Assembly (NCBI GenBank): GCA_963818475.1
Contig: CAWFSF010000006.1
Span: 1,728,001-1,792,000, forward strand
Length of the DNA stretch: 64,000 bases
Direction: 5' to 3'
DNA from: Nitrospirota bacterium
GTDB taxonomy: Bacteria; Nitrospirota; UBA9217
The position numbers were made by a program, and so were the translations under genes. A model generated the notes under the pieces. The model was not told where the DNA came from and did not search any database. It was given only the letters and a program-made list of their open reading frames with translations. Positions 55,553 to 64,000 of the stretch are shown piece by piece (position 1 is the first letter of the stretch; each line of letters starts with the position of its first letter).

Positions 55553-55871
55553 AATGATAACTCGAGAAGAAATGATGGTCCGTATGCAGGAGGTATGCCC
55601 TTCCTTCGCCCCCACTTGGGCAGCCTTTCTGACTGATTGGAAAGACGATAAGAAGGGGCTACCCCTATATCTTGCACTTGCAGACTTAGCTAGACACGTC
55701 TTGTCGATGTTGGAAAAAGGCGAAACGGAAACATTCCCACGCATTTTTGAGGTGATCGAGCAATGGCACGCTGAAGGTGATCCGTACGTCCAAGCGGCCG
55801 CTAGTGTTGGGTTTCTTGAAGTTCTCCAAAACACAAACATACATGAGACAATAATTCAGAATCATATCTGA
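55553..55871 (+). pseudogene. Truncated helical hypothetical protein (immunity-protein-like, cassette)
   Basis: MITREEMM...FEVIEQWHAEGDPYVQAAASVGFLEVLQN; preceded by a degenerate attC-like hairpin at about 55487-55545. Confidence 0.5.
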
Positions 55872-55972
55872 CTCACAAGTGACCGAAAAAATACATAGAA
55901 GCAGGGGATGAGCTTTAGCGTTGGCACAGAAAAAAACGAAATCAAGTCCTTGATGTTACAAGTTCTAGAGAA

Positions 55973-56033
55973 GTTACACCAGCGCCTTCGACAGCGACGC
56001 GCCGAAGGGCGGCGCGTGAGGCGCGCGTTGAAT
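55973..56033 (+). other. attC site
   Basis: GTTACAC-cagcgccttcgacagcgacgcgcc...ggcgcgtgaggcgcgc-GTTGAAT. Confidence 0.75.
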
Positions 56034-56050
56034 TTTCAAGGAGGGCTCCC

Positions 56051-56608
56051 ATGAGCAACCACAATTCGTTTTCCGGAAACCCAAAGACCGAATGGCTCGT
56101 TGATTCCAACGGCGCGGATAGAAATATGATGGTCATTGAGGACTTCTGGTACGTCGACCCGGACGGGAAAAAGTGGCCGGCTCCGGCGGGAAGCATCATT
56201 AACGGGGCAAGCATTCCCCGCCCGCTGTGGTCGCTGGTCGGCAGCCCCTATACCGACGACTACCGGCGCGCATCAATTGTTCACGATGTTGCCTGCAAGG
56301 ATTCAGCAGTTGGCCGAAAGGATGCCGACGTTATGTTTTTTCACGCTTGCCGCGCGGGTGGCTGTTCCCCCCAGCAAGCCCGGTGGCTGTATGCAGGTGT
56401 CCGTATGGGCGCATGGGCGTGTGCGTCCCTGCCTGAGGAGTCGATCTCAAAGGAGACGCTGCTCTTTCAATTTCCCTTCAAAACATCCTATGTAAAACAA
56501 TTCCTCCAGGGAAAATTTTACGAACTTGCCTCAGAATTGACCGGCCTGCCCGACGAGGCCTCGATCGAAGATCTTGACGCGGTGATCGAACGGCATGTCA
56601 AGTTCTGA
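56051..56608 (+). CDS. DUF1353 family protein (last cassette)
   Basis: PAGSIINGASIPRPLW...ASIVHD...AD..F..AC...LYAGVR. Confidence 0.8.
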   Translation: MSNHNSFSGNPKTEWLVDSNGADRNMMVIEDFWYVDPDGKKWPAPAGSIINGASIPRPLWSLVGSPYTDDYRRASIVHDVACKDSAVGRKDADVMFFHACRAGGCSPQQARWLYAGVRMGAWACASLPEESISKETLLFQFPFKTSYVKQFLQGKFYELASELTGLPDEASIEDLDAVIERHVKF

Positions 56609-56782
56609 CACAAAAATGCCCCCCACCTTACCTGCTTCACGCAAGGTTCGTAAAGCGCGACAGGCAACCACATCCCGGATTTTCACCTTAACCACGCATG
56701 GCACGCAGAAAATTATCCTCCGGCAACCATGCAGGTAGTACGCTATAATTAAGCAAATCCTGCCAGCATTACTGCATGATCA

Positions 56783-57805
56783 ATGAGCGGCAACGATACC
56801 ACCATGCACATTGCAGATTTTATCCATACGTATCCCGGCATGTACATTGTCCAGTCGTTCTTTCATGCCCTCATCGCCACGATCATCACGGGATCGGCGA
56901 TCGAGGCCTGGAAGATCGACAGCCCTATCGTGCGGCAGCGCTTCCGGCTGAGCGTCATCCTGATCGCCATCTTCTCATTCCCCGTGTACCAATTGATCAA
57001 TCCCGAGCGCGGCACGCTTTTTTTTCGGCTCGATGCTCTTTTCGACAGCTCCCGCTGGCTGGAAATGGAGCTCTGGAGCGTCGTGCCGTTGTCGCTCTTC
57101 TTCGTGGCGCTCTTTGTGGTCACCTCCGTCATCTTTGTGCTGCAGGAAATGGTCCCCATCCTCAGGCATTTCATCGAACCGACCGTGGATCCTCAGTTCG
57201 CGGTGATCAGGCCGTCCAAAGCCTCTCCGGTGGGCAAAGCGCTGCGGGGAATTTCGGCGAACCTGCCCGATCTTTTCATCATTCATGACGAGGAAATGGT
57301 CCTCTTTTCCAACACCCGGGGCAAGCCGGCGATCTATATGTCGGCGGGGCTCGCAAAAAAGCTTACCGCGGAACAGCTCCAGGCCGCTGTTGCCCATGAA
57401 ATGGCCCATATCGCGAGGAGCAAATACTCGATCCTGCTTGCCGGATTCATTCTTCGGACGCTGATGTTCTTTAATCCCGTGGTGCTCGTCGAGTTCAGAA
57501 GGGCCATCCGGAATGAAGAGAAGATCTGCGACGATATCGCCGTATCCCTGACCGGAAAACCCTCCGCTCTTGCGGAAACGCTCAAGAAATTCTACTCCCT
57601 CGAACACGAGGAAGATCTGGTGGAGGGCGAGGCGCCGCGCCAGGCATCGGGCAAGGTGAGCCTTGAAGAATACAGCCACAATCTTCAGCTTGAGACCCGG
57701 ATCGCCCGTCTCGAGGAAGGGAGACCGCCCGTGCGGGAGGAAGCATGGTTCCCCCTGGTTTTATCGTTCGCCATCATCGCAGTCATTAACTATTATGTCG
57801 TCTAA
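56783..57805 (+). CDS. M56/M48 family membrane zinc metalloprotease
   Basis: N-terminal TMs; AVAHEMAH; FFNP...EKICDDIA (BlaR1-like). Confidence 0.85.
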   Translation: MSGNDTTMHIADFIHTYPGMYIVQSFFHALIATIITGSAIEAWKIDSPIVRQRFRLSVILIAIFSFPVYQLINPERGTLFFRLDALFDSSRWLEMELWSVVPLSLFFVALFVVTSVIFVLQEMVPILRHFIEPTVDPQFAVIRPSKASPVGKALRGISANLPDLFIIHDEEMVLFSNTRGKPAIYMSAGLAKKLTAEQLQAAVAHEMAHIARSKYSILLAGFILRTLMFFNPVVLVEFRRAIRNEEKICDDIAVSLTGKPSALAETLKKFYSLEHEEDLVEGEAPRQASGKVSLEEYSHNLQLETRIARLEEGRPPVREEAWFPLVLSFAIIAVINYYVV

Positions 57806-57811
57806 CCGGAG

Positions 57812-58348
57812 GTGGAAGCCTTGAAACGCAAGACGTTCGGATTTATTTTTTTTCTGCTCATAACAACGGTGGTGGTCGTCCTTATCAAGACGGTCAATTG
57901 GCTGCCGCTCGCGTTCCAGCACGATACGCTGAGACGGTACAACTCGGTCGAGGAGGTGAAGGCATCGCTGCGCATCAAGGACCTGTACGTGCCGGCCTAT
58001 TTCCCGCAGACCATCAGCTGGCCGCCCACCGCGATCGTGGCGCAGTCCAGGCCCTCCCTTGCCGTCATGATGACGTTTCACCGGACCGGCAGCGATGAAG
58101 AGTCGCTCGTCATAACCCAGACTGCGTCCACTGCCTTCGCCCATGAACCGGGGCTCACGCTGGTCAAGATCGCCGAGTCGGCGCCCTACAAGCTCCACAA
58201 CCGCAACGCCCTTCTCGAAGTAGGCGCCTGCAGGAACGAGGAGCCGTGCAGCCGCATCGAGTGGCAGGAAGGCGAGTACCGATTGGCCGTTATCATGAAA
58301 GCCCCCCCTTTTGAACTGATCAGGATCGCCGGGAGCATGCTGCACTGA
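57812..58348 (+). CDS. Hypothetical membrane-anchored periplasmic protein
   Basis: GGAG RBS with GTG start; N-terminal TM. Confidence 0.7.
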   Translation: MEALKRKTFGFIFFLLITTVVVVLIKTVNWLPLAFQHDTLRRYNSVEEVKASLRIKDLYVPAYFPQTISWPPTAIVAQSRPSLAVMMTFHRTGSDEESLVITQTASTAFAHEPGLTLVKIAESAPYKLHNRNALLEVGACRNEEPCSRIEWQEGEYRLAVIMKAPPFELIRIAGSMLH

Positions 58349-58498
58349 CGCTGTATCTTCGGGACTGCTACTTTCAGTTATTTTTTGACTACGATATATT
58401 ACCCCCGGATCTAGGCTGTTCTTCCAATTGGCAAAGCACCCCTCCATTGATATATTCAAATCAACAAGCGATCTGAACAAGAAAGGAGGTGACACAGT

Positions 58499-58735
58499 AT
58501 GGACATGGCCAATGTCGGAAAGAACGCAGTCATGCTGGTAGTCGGGCCGCTTCTCGGTCTTCTCTACGTGGTGCTGCTGCCCTTTGCCTGGATCGTTGCA
58601 TCGCTCGTCATTATCGCGAAGCAGCTCGCAGGCCTGGTGGTCGCGACGACCCATTCGTCATTCGGATGGAGACCGATCGAGTCGTATCTGGCTGGCAGAC
58701 GAAACAAGAAGAATGCGAAGAACGACAAGAAGTGA
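58499..58735 (+). CDS. Small membrane protein, paralog A (WRPxExYLxG motif)
   Basis: AAAGGAGG RBS; GPLLGLLYVVLLPF...FGWRPIESYLAG. Confidence 0.8.
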   Translation: MDMANVGKNAVMLVVGPLLGLLYVVLLPFAWIVASLVIIAKQLAGLVVATTHSSFGWRPIESYLAGRRNKKNAKNDKK

Positions 58736-58793
58736 CCGGAGCGGACCGCGGAAGAGCGTAAAGAGGCCGCCAGAAGGAAAGGAGGAACAGGCC

Positions 58794-59159
58794 ATGTTGA
58801 CACATAAAGGAGGACATACGGTTTCTCAAGGAACGTACTGGAACGTAATGAACGGTCAGCGGGTGGACATCAGCAGCGAGGCGGCGCTCCCCGGGAACAG
58901 CCGCACGAGATATATTAAAATGTCCGGCGCCATGATCCTGATCGCAGGCCCGGCCTTAGGGCTGCTCTTCGCCGTTTTCCTGCCATTCATCGGGATCGCC
59001 ATGGCTCTCAGCCTGATCGGCAAAAAACTGATCACCGCAGCGGCTCATGTGGCGGTCAAGAGCACGACCTTCAGCTGGAGGCCGATCGAGGCGTATCTCA
59101 GCGGAAAACAACGCCGCAAAGGCGGACCGCGGGGAAGCAGGAAGGATGGGAAATCGTGA
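58794..59159 (+). CDS. Small membrane protein, paralog B (WRPxExYLxG motif)
   Basis: AAAGGAGG RBS; GPALGLLFAVFLPF...FSWRPIEAYLSG. Confidence 0.8.
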   Translation: MLTHKGGHTVSQGTYWNVMNGQRVDISSEAALPGNSRTRYIKMSGAMILIAGPALGLLFAVFLPFIGIAMALSLIGKKLITAAAHVAVKSTTFSWRPIEAYLSGKQRRKGGPRGSRKDGKS

Positions 59160-59253
59160 TGCATCGAACCTGCACAAGAGCGAGGCAGAACCGGGATGCC
59201 CACGGGCAATCGCTTTCTGCCTCACTGCTTCTGCATGCCTGGGAGGTCCCGCT

Positions 59254-60705
59254 ATGAGTGGAACAGCTAAATTCAAAACGATTGCGCTCAACGTGCTCGC
59301 TGTTGCAGCGCTCCTCGTATTCCCCGGCACGGTGCGCGCTGCCGGCGCCCCACCGTCGGATGAATCCGCCGCGTGTCTTGAATGCCACGGCCAGCATGGA
59401 CTGTTGGTCGACTTCAAGAACAAGGACAAGCTTGAAGCCTTTGTCGATGCAGAAAAGTTCAGAGCGTCTGTGCACGCCTCGCTCGCCTGTTCCAGTTGTC
59501 ATGCCGATTTTTCCGCAAGCAATCATCCGCAGCGTACTTTTTTGTCGAAAGACCAATATTCCCTGAAATCATCCCTCGTCTGCAGGCAGTGCCATGCCGA
59601 CGATCAACTCAAGAAATCACCGATCCATGCGGCGTTGCTGGAAAAAAGCGACACCTCGCCGGTCTGTTCGAGTTGCCACAGCGCCCATGCGATCACCGCG
59701 CTCTCGAACGGCAGAAAGTATGCCACGGAGCAACAGTATTGCCTCGGGTGCCACAAACATGACCTGCGCATGAGGATGAAGAACGGGGAAACGATCCCCC
59801 TGCGCGTTGAAGAGGCCCACCTGGCAAACTCGGTGCACGCCAAGCTGAGCTGTTTCGATTGTCACTTCGGCTTCTCCACCAGCCAGCATCCGAAGCGCGA
59901 CTTCAAGGACAGCCGTAATTTTTCGATCATGCATTCCGATGCCTGCAGGCGGTGTCATTTCGACAAATACACCAAGACCATAGAAAGCATCCATTACACC
60001 ATGCTGAGCCAGGGCAACCTGAAAGCTCCGGTATGCACCGACTGCCACGGCGCCCATCGTGTCGCCCTGGCACGGTCCGGTTCACCGGCAGGAGCCCATC
60101 GCTGCGGAAATTGCCACCGCGAAATTTTTGCGACCTATGCAGTGAGCGTCCATGGCAACGCGATGCTCAACGAAAAGAACACCGACGTGCCCGTTTGCGT
60201 GGATTGCCATACTGCGCACACCATCGAGGACGCACGAACCGTGAATTACCGCGACAAAGTGCCCGACATCTGCGGACGGTGTCACGCGAACAAGGACATC
60301 ATGAAGAAATACGGGCTCAGCACCAATGTGGTGAATTCCTACCTTCAGGATTTCCACGGCGTGACGCTCAAATTCTACAAGCAGCAGGAAAAATCACCTG
60401 ATGCGGTAAAGAGGAAATCCATCGCCACCTGCACCGACTGCCACGGCGTCCACGACATCACCAAGTCCGGCGGCGTCAGTGCGGCTGCCGTTAAGGCCAA
60501 ACTGGTGAAACGGTGCGCGAAGTGCCACGCGGGAGCGACCGACGAATTTCCCGACACCTGGCTGTCCCACTATGAACCGTCGCTCGCAAGCGCACCTCTG
60601 GTATTCGGGATCAACTTCATGTACGTGGTCTTCATCCCGTTCATGATGGCCGGTCTGATCCTCCAGATCCTGCTGCACATCTGGCGCTATATCGTGAACC
60701 GGTAA
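59254..60705 (+). CDS. Multiheme cytochrome c (13 CxxCH) with C-terminal membrane anchor
   Basis: GGAGG RBS; signal peptide; 13 CxxCH motifs counted; C-terminal TM. Confidence 0.93.
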   Translation: MSGTAKFKTIALNVLAVAALLVFPGTVRAAGAPPSDESAACLECHGQHGLLVDFKNKDKLEAFVDAEKFRASVHASLACSSCHADFSASNHPQRTFLSKDQYSLKSSLVCRQCHADDQLKKSPIHAALLEKSDTSPVCSSCHSAHAITALSNGRKYATEQQYCLGCHKHDLRMRMKNGETIPLRVEEAHLANSVHAKLSCFDCHFGFSTSQHPKRDFKDSRNFSIMHSDACRRCHFDKYTKTIESIHYTMLSQGNLKAPVCTDCHGAHRVALARSGSPAGAHRCGNCHREIFATYAVSVHGNAMLNEKNTDVPVCVDCHTAHTIEDARTVNYRDKVPDICGRCHANKDIMKKYGLSTNVVNSYLQDFHGVTLKFYKQQEKSPDAVKRKSIATCTDCHGVHDITKSGGVSAAAVKAKLVKRCAKCHAGATDEFPDTWLSHYEPSLASAPLVFGINFMYVVFIPFMMAGLILQILLHIWRYIVNR

Positions 60706-61469
60706 TGCTGTTGAGAAAGGAGACTATCATGACTGTACCTGAACCGGTTGAAATCAGACGCTTCGGTGCTTTCCGCATATCGGAACACTGGCTTAACGCC
60801 CTGGTCTTTGCAATACTGGTCGTCACCGGCCTGTCCCAGCGGTTTCATGAGTATGCACTGTCGCAATGGATCGTCACCAAACTGGGCGGGGTGGATGCTG
60901 TTCGGCTTATCCACCGCTATTCCGGCATCGTCTTTGCCGCCCTTACGGTCGCGCACATCGTCATGGGTTCTCTGGGGGTCCTTCTGAAGAAATGGCAGCC
61001 CACCATGGTGATCAACCTGAGCGACTTCACCGATGCTATCGACAACATGAAGTATTATTTCGGCATTACGAACCACCCCGCACGATGCGGCCGCTACGAC
61101 TACAAGCAGAAATTCGAGTACTGGGGCGTTGTGGTAGGAGGGTTGCTCATGATCGCCACGGGATTGACGCTCTGGTTCCCGGTTGCCGTTGCCTCCCTGC
61201 TGCCCGGCGAGATCATCCCCGCAGCCAAAGCGCTGCACACCAACGAGGCGTTGCTCGCATTTCTGGTGATCATCACGTGGCATATCTATAATTCCATCTT
61301 CAGCCCGGAAGTGTTTCCTCTGGACAAGGCGATCTTTTCCGGATATATCTCACGCGAACGCATGATCCACGAACATCCGCGCGAACTTGCGGATTTGGAG
61401 GGAAAACCGCTTGCAGCGATCATGTCCCATCACCAGGACAGCGCTTACGCGGAAACCTCCCATGAATAG
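60705..61469 (+). CDS. Cytochrome b subunit (FdnI/HyaC-like)
   Basis: RRF...EHW, LIHR, RYDYKQKFEYW, LHTNEA, WHIY. Confidence 0.9.
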   Translation: MLLRKETIMTVPEPVEIRRFGAFRISEHWLNALVFAILVVTGLSQRFHEYALSQWIVTKLGGVDAVRLIHRYSGIVFAALTVAHIVMGSLGVLLKKWQPTMVINLSDFTDAIDNMKYYFGITNHPARCGRYDYKQKFEYWGVVVGGLLMIATGLTLWFPVAVASLLPGEIIPAAKALHTNEALLAFLVIITWHIYNSIFSPEVFPLDKAIFSGYISRERMIHEHPRELADLEGKPLAAIMSHHQDSAYAETSHE

Positions 61470-61576
61470 CCAAAGGCGAGATGCGGGCTGGGGGCACGTT
61501 TTGTTGCACTTAATCGACTATCGTGCAGCACAGAGCCCCCTATATTTTTACGGCACCTTCGTCTATACTATTCATT

Positions 61577-63427
61577 ATGAGGGGTAAAAACGGCGGGCTC
61601 CGCAGGCACATAAGGCTGTTCGTCCTGGCAGGCATATCGATCATCCTGTTCAGCCTGGGCATCGTGAGCTATTTCATCATTCAGCGGAATATCGAGGAAT
61701 CGCTCAACAAGCGGCTTGCCCTCTCACGCCTCATCAGGAACAATATCGACAATATCATCACCGACAACATCAATCGCCTGTACGATATATCCCTTTCAGG
61801 AAGCGTCAACCTGCAGGATGGCAACTTTGAGACGGAAAAGGACGCCCTTAAGTCAGCCTATCGGTACTCCCTTTTTACCGACGGCATCTTTCTCATTGAT
61901 AACGAGGGCAATATCATCCTCAGCTATCCCGAACGCATCAGGGATACGGCGCTGAATATCCTGAGCATAGAACCCGTGGGCAGAATGCTGTCGCTGGGCA
62001 AGCCGGTTGTCTCGAACATCTACACCATGGATACGGGGAAAAAGACCCTCTACTTCATCGTTCCGCTCAAGGACAAGAACGGCGTCACGGTTGGCGCCGC
62101 CGGCGGCCAGATCGACCCGACCAACCCTACCCTTATCCAGAAACTGGGCCTTTCGGACATCGGCAAGGGAATGTTCATAGATATCGTGGACTCCAACGGC
62201 GTCATTATTTCCTCGTCGAATACCCGGCGCATCCTGACCCAGTGCAACCGGGAGAAGTTTTTCACCAAGATCATCGCCGCCAGGGAAGAGCGGGTAGCGA
62301 CCTGCCACGTTTGCCATTTTTCCGAGACCATGGCGGACAAACAGCGGACCGTTCTGGCTTTTGTCCCCCTCGAAACAGCTCCCTGGGGCATTTCGATCCA
62401 GGAGCCGGAGACGGAGGTGTTCGCTTCCGCGGAACGGCTCAAAAGGACCTTCGCGGCCCTCGGGATCATCTTCGTCGGAACCGCTTTCATCCTGACCATC
62501 GGGATCAATCGGCGCATCGTTGACCCGCTCAACGCGCTGATCCGCGGTGCTGAACGCATCGCACAGGGACAACTGTCGAAGCCTGTATCCCCGGGAGGCA
62601 GCGACGAGATCGGACAGCTGAGCCGGAGCTTCGAGACCATGCGGCTCAAGCTCGTCGAATCCATGAACCATATCAACCAGCACACGCTGGAGCTCGAGGG
62701 GCGGGTACAGGAGCGGACGCGACAGATCAACGAAAGCCAGAAACGGGCGGAGGTGCTTCTGCAGAAGATCATTTCAACGCAGGAGGAGGAGCGCAAGCGG
62801 ATAGGCCGCGAGCTCCATGATGACACGCTTCAGGAACTGTCAGCAGCGCTGATGCGGATCGACATGCTCAAGATATACCCGGAGAAGATGTCCCTGGAGT
62901 ATATTGAAAACATCCGCAAGATCATCGTAACTTCCCTGGACGGCGTGGTCTGCATCATCCAGAACCTGAGACCGACCCTTCTTGATGACGTCGGCCTCGT
63001 TGCGGCGATCAAGTCACTCCTTGACCTGCATCTCGGTGAAAAGGGCATCAACTACTTCCTCAATACCGCGAGTGTGACGGACCGGCGTTTCCGGCCCGAG
63101 TTGGAGATCGTCCTCTTCAGGATCGTGCAGGAGGCGGTCGCAAATACGGCGCGCCATGCCAACGCTGACAACTTTTTCATTATGATCAAGGTCTCCGACG
63201 ATACCGTCCATGTGGACATCGAAGACGATGGAGAAGGGTTCAATCTCAAGTTACTGTATTCCGGCGCAAGCTGTGACGTGATCGACAAGCGGGGACTCGG
63301 CCTCCTCGGGATGAAGGAACGGGTGGCCCTGATCGGCGGCAAGATCCATCTGTGCTCGAAACCCGGCGTTGGAACGCAGGTTGATATCCGCATACCCCTT
63401 ATGGAATCGAAGGTGGCACATGCTTAA
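61577..63427 (+). CDS. HisKA_3 sensor histidine kinase with periplasmic Cache-like domain, CxxCH motif and HAMP
   Basis: Two TMs; periplasmic CHVCH; QEEERKRIGRELHD; QEAVAN; DDGEGF; GLGLLGMKER. Confidence 0.92.
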   Translation: MRGKNGGLRRHIRLFVLAGISIILFSLGIVSYFIIQRNIEESLNKRLALSRLIRNNIDNIITDNINRLYDISLSGSVNLQDGNFETEKDALKSAYRYSLFTDGIFLIDNEGNIILSYPERIRDTALNILSIEPVGRMLSLGKPVVSNIYTMDTGKKTLYFIVPLKDKNGVTVGAAGGQIDPTNPTLIQKLGLSDIGKGMFIDIVDSNGVIISSSNTRRILTQCNREKFFTKIIAAREERVATCHVCHFSETMADKQRTVLAFVPLETAPWGISIQEPETEVFASAERLKRTFAALGIIFVGTAFILTIGINRRIVDPLNALIRGAERIAQGQLSKPVSPGGSDEIGQLSRSFETMRLKLVESMNHINQHTLELEGRVQERTRQINESQKRAEVLLQKIISTQEEERKRIGRELHDDTLQELSAALMRIDMLKIYPEKMSLEYIENIRKIIVTSLDGVVCIIQNLRPTLLDDVGLVAAIKSLLDLHLGEKGINYFLNTASVTDRRFRPELEIVLFRIVQEAVANTARHANADNFFIMIKVSDDTVHVDIEDDGEGFNLKLLYSGASCDVIDKRGLGLLGMKERVALIGGKIHLCSKPGVGTQVDIRIPLMESKVAHA

Positions 63428-64000
63428 AAAAAAGGTCCTTATTGCCGATGACCACGCCCTCGTACGAGAAGGAATCGTTGCATTTCTCAAGCTCTGCGAC
63501 GACATCGAGGTGGTCGCGGAAGCTTCCGACGGGATCGAGGCCCTTGAAAAAACCGGCAAATACCACCCCGATATCATCATCATGGACATCAACATGCCAA
63601 AGCTCGGCGGACTGGAAACGACCGTCGAGATCAAAAAAACGCACCCTCACATCAAGATCCTGGTCCTGACCCAATACGAAGACCGGGAATATATCTCGCG
63701 TTTCCTCAAAGCAGGGGTATCAGGGTATCTGTTGAAGAAGGCGGTCGGGAGCGACCTGATTGCGGCCCTGAAAGCGATCGCGCGGGGTGAACTCTACCTT
63801 TATTCATCGATCGCAACAGAAGTGGTTGCCGGCTTTCTCCAGGGAGAGAAAAAGGTCAATCTTGAAGTTCCTTACGAGAAGCTGAGCGACCGGGAAAAGC
63901 AGGTGTTAAAACTGGTCGCGGAGGGGTATACGCACAAGGATGTGGCCGACATGCTGACCATCAGCACCAAAACCGTCATCGCCCATCAAACGAACATTGG
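63420..64000 (+). CDS. NarL/LuxR family response regulator (truncated by window end)
   Basis: IADDHALVREG, MDINMP, LSDREKQVLKLVAEG. Confidence 0.92.
   Translation, partial: MLKKKVLIADDHALVREGIVAFLKLCDDIEVVAEASDGIEALEKTGKYHPDIIIMDINMPKLGGLETTVEIKKTHPHIKILVLTQYEDREYISRFLKAGVSGYLLKKAVGSDLIAALKAIARGELYLYSSIATEVVAGFLQGEKKVNLEVPYEKLSDREKQVLKLVAEGYTHKDVADMLTISTKTVIAHQTNI

Overview
A GC-rich bacterial chromosome segment, plausibly an anaerobic Nitrospirota or deltaproteobacterium-like organism (inferred from gene content only). Many housekeeping genes in 0-17 kb and 25-37 kb are broken by small frameshifts that look like long-read indel errors. Core genes: glnE, rnr, selA-selB, a PEPCK-like enzyme next to a beta-carbonic anhydrase, a Kef-type antiporter with a hemerythrin, cobU-cobT-cobS-cobC, tRNA-Gly(CCC), thioredoxins, addB-addA, a DegP/DegQ protease, typA, and a 13-heme cytochrome c/cytochrome b pair followed by a two-component system whose kinase has a CxxCH motif. 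There are two AT-richer accessory regions. (1) 44.2-56.6 kb is a frozen integron: an internally deleted IntI with the catalytic Tyr replaced by Cys, attI/Pc, and about 10 decaying cassettes with short attC sites. It also holds a group II intron remnant and an IS1182-type relic sitting in an attC core. (2) 17.6-22.3 kb is an oppositely oriented attC array with no integrase (CALIN). It is preceded by five copies of a 16-bp palindrome and carries a tandem excisionase-like HTH protein and a secreted protein with beta-defensin-like Cys spacing. A REP-associated tyrosine transposase with its REPs sits between addB and addA, and a family of inverted elements built from 9-nt units fills many intergenic regions.
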